A DNA stretch of 35,243 nucleotides from IMG/VR virus record IMGVR_UViG_3300020042_006044, positions 1 to 35,243 of that record; one strand, 5' to 3'. The notes beneath the pieces were generated by a model. The model saw nothing but the letters and a program-made list of their open reading frames with translations. It ran no database searches and was not told where the DNA came from. This stretch comes from a virus. Its lineage: Duplodnaviria > Caudoviricetes. The position numbers were made by a program, and so were the translations under genes. Positions 27,720-35,243 of the stretch are shown here, piece after piece. Each line of letters opens with the position of its first letter. Position 1 is the stretch's first letter.

Positions 27720-30131
27720 TTATTCTATGCTATACGACGTACCAGCTTTAGTTTTTTTAGTAGTGCCTACATTAGCCCCTGCATTAGCCCCGGCATTAGC
27801 TTGAGTAGTTGATGCGTTTAAAAACTCAAGTGGGTTTTTGTTTAACATGTTTTGAATATCATCATCACTATATTTTTCAATCTTACCAATTTTTGAAATT
27901 CTAGGATTATGTACTTTATTAGCTTGATTATAAATAGCTGTTAATTGGTCTTTATACTGTTTTATGATTGCTGTTGCTGTTGCCTTATCTTTTGCAGATG
28001 CTGTACTAGATGGTGATGTAGCTTTAAGAGCCTCTTGATAATCTCCACCTAATTGTTTATCAAGCATTGTTTTAGCATCATCAATATCTTTAGCTTTAAG
28101 CGCCAATGCTTGGTTAAACGTGCCTTCACCAGCTGTATCAGATTTACCAGCCAATGCAGCTTCAACACCATATTGACCTTTAGTCCTAGCAACGTCCATA
28201 TTAGTAGTGTACTCGTTTCTAGCTTTGTAACCTTCCATACCAGCCACGTTTTGTTGCGCTATATTTGCGTTATTAGCTTCGCCTACTTTAGTAATATGGT
28301 CTATGTACTCTTTACGTGCCGCTTGGTACCCTACTTTGTCGCCAGCCATCTGAGCTTGAATCATAGCATTCTTGGCATCTTGAGCGCTATATGTTTCTTT
28401 ACGGATAAGCGCTTCGTTGTTACGGATATCTTTGAGAGCTGGAGCATATGCTTCATTAAACCCAGTAATGCCTGCACCAATACCCATAAGACCTGGTTTG
28501 TTAGCGTTCTCAAAAATCCTACCCGATGCTTGAAGTAATGCAAGACCTTTAGCTGTATCTTTCTGACCTACTAAATCTTCTTTCTGTTTTGCTACATCTG
28601 CCATACGCTCTTCAAAAAAGTTTTTAAATCCCATCTTCTCTTCTTTTTTGCGCTGTATATCTGCATAACTTTCTTCTGTATACGGTTTGCCTTCCGCGTC
28701 TAGACCTTGTGCACTAAGTTTATCTAGGTATGAGTAATCTAAACTAGTAGGCTTGTAATCTTCTATAGGAGAACCGCCCTTAGAAAACGATATAATCCCG
28801 CCCTGCGCAGCTGATACTACTGGTAGATTGGTTGGTGCAGTGACAATACCTTGCGCTGCATTTTGTGCCATCATGTTAGCCGCTTGAGAATCTCTTAAAT
28901 TATCTTCTTGAATAGCTTTACCTAGAGATGGAGGTATAGTACCGTTCTTGATTACTTGCTCTAATTGTTTTGGGCTTAAGTCTTCAGCCATGCTTTGACG
29001 ATTAGCTAGGCTTGTGATGCCACCACCTTTGTAAGACTTAACTGTACCGCCTTCGGCTTTCATTAGCTGTGATACACCAGCGATACCAGTTCCTATACCA
29101 GCTAGCGTATTTAGACCTGATGGACTTGCTTGGTAAGACTGCGTTGTTGTAGACTGCATTGGTAAGCCGCGTAGTAAGTTGCTAATATTACCAAGTTGCA
29201 TCATTGGGTATTGCTGTGCAGTAGCGTAATTCTGAATTGCTTGATTAATCTTTTGTTGTTCAGCGGCTTGTAGTTGACCGCCGTACTGGTTTTGCATACC
29301 AATAATATCTTTTTGCGTATTGAACTGTTGTTGACCAAGCTGACCTAGTGCGCCAGCGGCTTGACCTAGTTGGTTGTAACCTTGAAGAGCAGCTTGTTGA
29401 CCTTGTAGACCTAACTGATTACCTGACAAGATATTACGTTGTGCTGAGTCGTAAGCGTTTTGGTAGCCTGTACCAATCATTTGGTTCATTGCTGTGTTCA
29501 TATTACGGTTATTTTCAGAAGCCATCAAAGCCTCACGAGAACCGCCAAACGCACCTGCCCTAGTAGCATTACCTTGTTGTTGTTGCCCTGTGATACCGTA
29601 TTGACGACGTGATTCATCTAGTGCAGGGTTAAGTGCGTTTTGCAAATATGGATTCATGAACTGATTAACGGTTGGAGTACTTGTAGCCATACCAAAATAA
29701 TTATTACCCGCTTGACCAGCTTGACCTGCTACACCTAACGAACCTAAACCTGCCATACCTGCCATCTGTGATGCTTGACCGTATTGACCTGGAGTTCTTA
29801 AGTTAGCTGCGCCTTGAAAAGATTGTTGTTGCATAGGACTAAACCCAGCAACATAGTTATCCATATTATTGCTGTATGGAGTGTAGCCTTTAAATCCGCT
29901 TACTGTGCCATTAGGGTTAAATGTATATACTTGTTGTTGTGCCGCGCCAAGCATTGACTCTACATATGGTTGTACGTATTCAGGTAAGTTTGAGTTTTGA
30001 ACTGTAGTATTAGTTGGACCTGGGTCTCCGCCACCACCGCCGTAAATACGACTTTTATCAGCTTTTAACTGAGTAGCAGAGTTACCTAAAGGCTCTCCCA
30101 ATGCATAAAGTTCACGTCTTGAATAACTCAT
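27720..30131 (-). CDS. DNA ejection / internal virion protein
   Basis: Leader + GGGGG, Gln/Gly/Ala-rich, GAFGGSR motif, hydrophobic LAGIGTGIAG, AxGG motifs. Confidence 0.8.
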   Translation of the reverse strand: MSYSRRELYALGEPLGNSATQLKADKSRIYGGGGGDPGPTNTTVQNSNLPEYVQPYVESMLGAAQQQVYTFNPNGTVSGFKGYTPYSNNMDNYVAGFSPMQQQSFQGAANLRTPGQYGQASQMAGMAGLGSLGVAGQAGQAGNNYFGMATSTPTVNQFMNPYLQNALNPALDESRRQYGITGQQQQGNATRAGAFGGSREALMASENNRNMNTAMNQMIGTGYQNAYDSAQRNILSGNQLGLQGQQAALQGYNQLGQAAGALGQLGQQQFNTQKDIIGMQNQYGGQLQAAEQQKINQAIQNYATAQQYPMMQLGNISNLLRGLPMQSTTTQSYQASPSGLNTLAGIGTGIAGVSQLMKAEGGTVKSYKGGGITSLANRQSMAEDLSPKQLEQVIKNGTIPPSLGKAIQEDNLRDSQAANMMAQNAAQGIVTAPTNLPVVSAAQGGIISFSKGGSPIEDYKPTSLDYSYLDKLSAQGLDAEGKPYTEESYADIQRKKEEKMGFKNFFEERMADVAKQKEDLVGQKDTAKGLALLQASGRIFENANKPGLMGIGAGITGFNEAYAPALKDIRNNEALIRKETYSAQDAKNAMIQAQMAGDKVGYQAARKEYIDHITKVGEANNANIAQQNVAGMEGYKARNEYTTNMDVARTKGQYGVEAALAGKSDTAGEGTFNQALALKAKDIDDAKTMLDKQLGGDYQEALKATSPSSTASAKDKATATAIIKQYKDQLTAIYNQANKVHNPRISKIGKIEKYSDDDIQNMLNKNPLEFLNASTTQANAGANAGANVGTTKKTKAGTSYSIE
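27770..27800. repeat. 12-bp tandem repeat (2.6 copies) encoding ANAG
   Basis: CATTAGCCCCTG CATTAGCCCCGG CATTAGC. Confidence 0.8.
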
Positions 30132-30544
30132 ATTAATTTCTCCACTACTGTTTCAGTAGCAACAAGTCCAACTTTTTGTCTATACAATCTAACTCTTGCC
30201 CCAGAAGCATACGCCCTAATTTTAGTAGCGCCTTGCGCTTTAGCCCATGCAACTACTTGGTTAAATGTTTCTTCATCCACAATACACCTACCACCTACAG
30301 TAGTCATCGTTGCAACCCTGTGATTAGGGAATGAACTTACTTGAATTGTAGCCGCCCCTATAACTTTTTCATCTTCTACTGCTACTAATAAAGTTTGTGA
30401 GCCATTAACTAACTGCGTCTTTAATTGGTCAACCGAGCAATCAACACTACCTAATGCTACGTCAACCGCAGACTTAATAAACGGCCCTACTATATCCCAC
30501 ATTTGATGAACGTGGATTGGACTTACGGTTTGTATTATTATCAT
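30128..30544 (-). CDS. GNAT-like virion-module protein
   Basis: LLVAVEDEKVIGAA...WAKAQGATKI...RLY; lies between ejection genes. Confidence 0.6.
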   Translation of the reverse strand: MIIIQTVSPIHVHQMWDIVGPFIKSAVDVALGSVDCSVDQLKTQLVNGSQTLLVAVEDEKVIGAATIQVSSFPNHRVATMTTVGGRCIVDEETFNQVVAWAKAQGATKIRAYASGARVRLYRQKVGLVATETVVEKLI

Positions 30545-32331
30545 TTAGGTATAAACTTTTCTGGTTTAATTTGTTTACCTTGAGCCTTTTTACCTGTTCG
30601 TGCAGTACGCACTTTGTCCATCATTTTATATAAGTGTTTAGCGCCTGCATCTGTTGAGCCATTACCTAAGTGACTGACTACGTCAGCTGGAACTACAAAC
30701 TCACCATCTGCTAAACGTGCTGGCTGTCTACCCCCGATAGTAGCTGGAATATTATCTGACATACCATCACCAGGACCTTTTAACAATCTTGGGTTACCCC
30801 CTGCAGCATATCCGCCAAGACTATATCCAGCGATACCACCCTGTGCTTTTTTCTCTACTTCTCCAGGTTTTGGTGCTGGTGGAGCATATGGAGTCTGACT
30901 CATTACTTGGCTAAATACTCGGTTAAAGTCTTGTGGGGCTACACCTTGCATCATTGCATCATATGCTGGAGAAGCTACTGACTGCGCCGCAACCGCTGCT
31001 GTATTAGGGTTATAGTCTGTCATTGGTATTTGTTGAGCTTGTTGGTATACTTCAGGTCTAGCTTCAGTTGCTTGGAAGTTTGAACCTAAATTACCTCCAC
31101 CCATTTTACCACCTATACCACCCATATCACCATCTACAGGTCTTCCATCTGCGCCTATATACTGACGACCATTATTACCACCCATCACACTACTCATTGT
31201 ATTCATCATAGGAAACCCACTTTGAGTATAGTACTGTCCTTTTTGCGGGTCATAGTATACTTGACTTCCTTGCCCTGCACTACCACCAAAAGCATAACTA
31301 GCAACGCCACCTTCAGCCATTTTCAATGGAGAACCCATATTTGGTTCAGTTGGTGTTTCATAAGTTGAATTAACTTCTTGTGCACTTATTGGCATTTGGC
31401 TCGGTGTCGCATACTGCGTTGTATCTAATCTACCTTGTGGGTAACCCATGTTGCCACCCATACCGCCTTGTGCTAGTGCCGTAATACCACCTTGTGCATA
31501 TGATTGCATTGTTCCGCCCTCAGCCGCATATTTAGCGCTGTAGTATGGGTTAGGAGTTTGAGGGATATACGGTGTAAAATTATCAGGGTCGTAACCAGCT
31601 AACGGGCTTTCTTCTTCCTCTTCTAACTTAGGAATTTTTCTAGGTTGCATAAGACCGTATGCCCCGCCTAAACCCGCTGCCGTTATTTCTGGGTTATCTG
31701 CCGCAAAATTTAAAGCTTTAGCAGTAGTACTTCCTGGCGTAGCGTCTGCGTAATCTCTAAGCATTTGGAAAGAATTACGATTTGTAGCTGGTGTAAGTGC
31801 ATTAAGCCCTTGAGAAGCTTTTACTGTATCCGCAAATGTTTGAGTTGGTGGTAAGGATACAGATTGACCAAAAGTGCTAAGTCCTCTTGGGTCAACTAAT
31901 TTACCAGTAAAATCAACCCCCGTAGTACCTAAACCTTGAGCAGTATTAATTCCGCCTATATTTTGTGTAAGACCTGTAAGACCTTGATTAGCAGCTATAC
32001 TTGGTTGAACAGTTGCTAGCGCTACATCATCTGCAATGCCAGCTCCCGCATTAATAGTATTTGTAACAGCTGGTGTAATTGCATTTTGTGCAGCTTGACC
32101 TGTCGTACCTACCGCAGCGGCACCTGCCTTACCCATCACAGCACCTGTAATACCCGACATTGCCCCGCCAGAAATACCGCCAAGTAAAGCACCTTCTAAT
32201 ACATCCTCACCTGTCGCTAAAGATTTAGCACCGCCAAAAGCCGCACCAATAAGCGCAGCCTCGCCGATACCTCCACCGACGTTATATCCTGGATGTTTTA
32301 AAACGCCTATGTTAAATTTAGAGCTAAACAT
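30541..32331 (-). CDS. Ejection / internal virion protein with AxGG repeats and a tape-measure-type C-terminal domain
   Basis: Gly-rich hydrophobic N-terminus; C-terminal GPGDGMSDNIPA...ARLADGEFVVPADVV. Confidence 0.78.
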   Translation of the reverse strand: MFSSKFNIGVLKHPGYNVGGGIGEAALIGAAFGGAKSLATGEDVLEGALLGGISGGAMSGITGAVMGKAGAAAVGTTGQAAQNAITPAVTNTINAGAGIADDVALATVQPSIAANQGLTGLTQNIGGINTAQGLGTTGVDFTGKLVDPRGLSTFGQSVSLPPTQTFADTVKASQGLNALTPATNRNSFQMLRDYADATPGSTTAKALNFAADNPEITAAGLGGAYGLMQPRKIPKLEEEEESPLAGYDPDNFTPYIPQTPNPYYSAKYAAEGGTMQSYAQGGITALAQGGMGGNMGYPQGRLDTTQYATPSQMPISAQEVNSTYETPTEPNMGSPLKMAEGGVASYAFGGSAGQGSQVYYDPQKGQYYTQSGFPMMNTMSSVMGGNNGRQYIGADGRPVDGDMGGIGGKMGGGNLGSNFQATEARPEVYQQAQQIPMTDYNPNTAAVAAQSVASPAYDAMMQGVAPQDFNRVFSQVMSQTPYAPPAPKPGEVEKKAQGGIAGYSLGGYAAGGNPRLLKGPGDGMSDNIPATIGGRQPARLADGEFVVPADVVSHLGNGSTDAGAKHLYKMMDKVRTARTGKKAQGKQIKPEKFIPK

Positions 32332-32371
32332 AATTTAAACCTTTATTAATTTAGTTGTATGTTATCATGTA

Positions 32372-32422
32372 TTAAACCGTTGTACCAGTAGCATCTACCC
32401 AGTTAGTGCCGTCCCACCAGAT
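32372..32422 (-). pseudogene. Remnant C-terminus of a previous tail-fibre gene
   Basis: Start-less frame IWWDGTNWVDATGTTV-stop. Confidence 0.65.
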
Positions 32423-32453
32423 AGTAATGCTATTAGTTTTTCCATATATAATC

Positions 32454-34049
32454 CTAAATGGTAGTGTACCCGTCAACTTCAATTACGCCTGTAGCACCTT
32501 GCATACCTGTTGTGCCAATAAGTTTTAATTGAGTTTGGTTATTAGTTGTAACTTTAAACTGAGGGACTGGCGGAGTCCAATTAATAAAAGTATTTAAGGC
32601 TTGTGTTTGTGCATTAAAAGCAGGGATGTATCGTGCATCGTTGTCAGAATCACCTAATTTAAGACCAGTAAAAACAGTAGCATTAGCTGTTAAATACAAT
32701 CTTACTGCTAAAGGTACAAACCCAATAGGAAAAGTTAATGTTGTAGTTCCAGAAGTATAAGTTCCATCAAATACATACTGTCTAGTGTATCTGTATTTTC
32801 TTAGGTCAATACCTTGAAATAGTGTGCTAATTTGCGCTGAACCAATTGCAGCGTTATTATTGCCTGAGTTAGATGCACCTAAAACAAATAGGTTACTGTT
32901 AAAAGCAAAGTTATTTGTAGGCGTAGTTAATTTTAAGAACGTAGTATCTAAACTAGAGTTTCCATCAATGTTAGCAGGATAAGTGGATACAGGCTGAGTT
33001 CCTGCAAGTGCGGCTTGATTGCTAAACCAAATGCTAGTATCGTTAGTTAAAAATTTATTGCCTACAATGTATTTACATCCAGCACTAACAGGGTTGATTT
33101 TTGTTGATGGAGTTAATGCGTAAATACCTGCGCCTGAACCACTATTAGTCAAAGACTCAAAACTACACCCTGTAACTACTAATTGCGTTTCATCGTTACA
33201 AGAAATACCTATTTGTCCATCAGCAAGCGTACACCCAATAACTGTTAAATCACCGCCAGTTCCGTCCATTATCCAAGAAATACCCGTAGTACAAAAATCA
33301 AAAGTACAACCAAATAATCTTGTTTGTCCGCCAACTTGTCCTGAAGCACCTTTGGCAACTAATAGCCCTGTAGTGTTGTAATTAAACTGACAGTTAATAA
33401 ATTTATTTAAGTACGCAATACCAGTAAAATTAATGCCTGCCGTAAAATGCTTAATAATTACATTAGTAAATGAATTTTCACGAATATGGAATACACCGCT
33501 ATTAACTGTAGTATCTACACCAACGCCTTTAGCCGCATAAGATGATGTTGAAGGACCTTGAATACAGATATTTTGAAAGTTTACGCCGACAATACCGTAC
33601 TGACTAAACGCATAGTTAGCTAATGTAGCTACTAATGTAAACGCGTTAGCAGCAGTATTAGTTTGAATAACGTATGAACCTAAAGAATTAAATGCGGAGC
33701 CTGGGCCGTTACCTAATACCGTAATAGGTTTATTAATTGTAATTGCTGAAGTTAATTTATAAGTACCAGGTGGAAAGTATATGTTGCCACCAATAGACGT
33801 AGCGTTTACCGCAGCTTGAATAGCTGCCGTGTCATCTGTTGTACCATCACCTGTTGCACCGTAGTCTTTAACTGAAATAATCTCAGCATTGGAAATTACT
33901 GATGCTTGTGTAAAGTTATCTACCTGTGCAAAGTATAACCGTAGTGCATTGGAGAATTGGTCTTGATATTGTTGACTGTATTCAACAGGCCCAATTGGTA
34001 AGTTTGGTGCTTTGGAAGCACGGAGCGGTATGTTCTTTTCATCTGCCAT
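32454..34049 (-). CDS. Tail spike with pectate-lyase-3-like beta-helix
   Basis: Short N-terminal anchor, then SVKDYGATGDGTTDDTAAIQAA...IYFPPGTY and parallel beta-helix repeats. Confidence 0.88.
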   Translation of the reverse strand: MADEKNIPLRASKAPNLPIGPVEYSQQYQDQFSNALRLYFAQVDNFTQASVISNAEIISVKDYGATGDGTTDDTAAIQAAVNATSIGGNIYFPPGTYKLTSAITINKPITVLGNGPGSAFNSLGSYVIQTNTAANAFTLVATLANYAFSQYGIVGVNFQNICIQGPSTSSYAAKGVGVDTTVNSGVFHIRENSFTNVIIKHFTAGINFTGIAYLNKFINCQFNYNTTGLLVAKGASGQVGGQTRLFGCTFDFCTTGISWIMDGTGGDLTVIGCTLADGQIGISCNDETQLVVTGCSFESLTNSGSGAGIYALTPSTKINPVSAGCKYIVGNKFLTNDTSIWFSNQAALAGTQPVSTYPANIDGNSSLDTTFLKLTTPTNNFAFNSNLFVLGASNSGNNNAAIGSAQISTLFQGIDLRKYRYTRQYVFDGTYTSGTTTLTFPIGFVPLAVRLYLTANATVFTGLKLGDSDNDARYIPAFNAQTQALNTFINWTPPVPQFKVTTNNQTQLKLIGTTGMQGATGVIEVDGYTTI

Positions 34050-35242
34050 TATCTGCGCCCATCTGGTCTAATATCAATACGTGGATTACCTAACTGCCAT
34101 GCCACGCCAAGTCCTGTTGACTCAATACGGAAAGCTAACTGACGCCCACGCAGACGGGTATATACTTGCCCTGTAAATTCTTGAATATTATAAACTTGTG
34201 AACTTGCGTAGTTATCTATACTTGTTACTGTAGGGCTATCTGCTTGTGAATATGGAGCACCTGAGTTTGCACGAGGACGCACTGTCATTGTTACGGTAGC
34301 ATTGTTTACTGTTGAGCCGTTAAAGTTAATATCGGGTAGTATGCGCCACACAAAACCAAAGTTATGCCCGTCAGCAATATCAAAATCAGACGATTGAATA
34401 TAAGCATAAATAGGCTGTGAGCTGTCTCCAGCATTGTCATCTACTGAAGACTCATGGTATAAAATGCGGTTATTATAATCAGCAGCCATAGGGTACTGGC
34501 GAATACCTGAATCTAACCAAGCTGTGCGCGCCATGTTTCCATAGTACCAAACACGGTCTACATAGTTATAGATGACGTACTTATCAATTGTTGTGCCTGA
34601 ACTAGAATCGCTTACATAGAACCACCAGATTTCATTATAGCCTTCGTTAGTTCCAGAAAATACTTGGAACGCTTGGTCTTTATTAATATCATTAAAGATG
34701 TACTGCTGTAACGAGCATGGTAAAGTCTCAACTCGACCTGAATACATATAGAACTTATCAGTACCCATCCAGTATGTAACGTTGTTTACAGTAATCATAG
34801 AATTAGGTGACATGACAGAAATGTTATCCATCAAGATATTAAAGCCCCATACGTAAGGCGCCCCCAGGTACTGCATAGAGTAAATTGCTGAGTCAGTCCA
34901 TATTAGAATTTCTTGCCGTGTTGCACGGGCTCCCATAATAAATGAGCCATTAGTTAATGCAAATTCACCCGCTTGGTTTGTAACTGACGGTACCCATTGA
35001 TTTGGGTCTAGTTGGTCTGACCATCGAACTAACATTGGATTAAAAGCTGTAGTGGGGGTTCCTGAAACGTATGGGTTGGCACCCATTGCAATCACAAACT
35101 TTTGAATCGCTGAAGATACTATTTGATTGGTTTGTGTTGGTACATATGCACTGCTAGCTAAAGTGGCTAATAATTGTGCTCTACTGCTTACGCCTGTAGA
35201 AGCCTCCCAATAATAAATAGCTCCCCCACGAGGCGCAATTAC
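34049..35242 (-). CDS. Tail / head-stabilisation (tail tubular / P22 gp10-like) protein, 5' partial
   Basis: Frame stays open to the window edge; Trp/Tyr-rich beta-propeller-like sequence; ends LG.PRIDIRPDGRR. Confidence 0.75.
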   Translation of the reverse strand, partial: VIAPRGGAIYYWEASTGVSSRAQLLATLASSAYVPTQTNQIVSSAIQKFVIAMGANPYVSGTPTTAFNPMLVRWSDQLDPNQWVPSVTNQAGEFALTNGSFIMGARATRQEILIWTDSAIYSMQYLGAPYVWGFNILMDNISVMSPNSMITVNNVTYWMGTDKFYMYSGRVETLPCSLQQYIFNDINKDQAFQVFSGTNEGYNEIWWFYVSDSSSGTTIDKYVIYNYVDRVWYYGNMARTAWLDSGIRQYPMAADYNNRILYHESSVDDNAGDSSQPIYAYIQSSDFDIADGHNFGFVWRILPDINFNGSTVNNATVTMTVRPRANSGAPYSQADSPTVTSIDNYASSQVYNIQEFTGQVYTRLRGRQLAFRIESTGLGVAWQLGNPRIDIRPDGRR

Positions 35243-35243
35243 C

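Noticed and set aside
22860-29563. Plus-strand ORFs in the virion arm
   Set aside because: Antisense shadows of the long - strand genes
32454-34049. Diversity-generating retroelement target in the tail spike
   Set aside because: No reverse transcriptase and no template/variable repeat pair seen
774-35243. Alternative genetic code or stop-codon reassignment
   Set aside because: Genes are full length in the standard code and TAA, TAG and TGA all act as stops

Overview
A 35.2-kb, AT-rich fragment of a tailed dsDNA phage with a podovirus-like layout; three IHF consensus sites suggest a proteobacterial host. 1-750 is a repeat-rich non-coding control region (possible terminus, packaging site or origin). 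774-11077 (+) holds early/accessory genes: a DUF3150-like / MoxR AAA+ / peptidase-vWA trio, VRR-NUC, an orphan HicA-like gene, DUF3310 and two TraR/DksA-like zinc fingers. 11074-20305 (+) is the replication module: family A polymerase, Cas4-like nuclease, HNH-like protein, SNF2 helicase, putative SSB, HTH and primase-helicase. 20302-35243 (-) holds convergent virion genes: a ~2450-aa internal polyvalent protein, two Gly/Ala/Gln-rich ejection-type proteins, a GNAT-like protein, a beta-helix tail spike and a partial tail/stabilisation protein. I saw no integrase, tRNA, CRISPR array, capsid or terminase. Most notable: (i) a non-palindromic AGTG(A/G)TTCAG motif concentrated in the first 6.6 kb, alongside an FtsK-gamma-like domain in the giant virion protein; (ii) strong avoidance of CC[ATG]GA in the first ~15 kb; (iii) paired A-x-G-G motifs plus a tape-measure-type C-terminal domain in the ejection proteins; (iv) a promoter-overlapping hairpin over the helicase RBS; (v) a frameshifted end of the giant gene; (vi) a tail-spike domain-swap scar. 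All family calls come from motif recognition by eye, not database searches.
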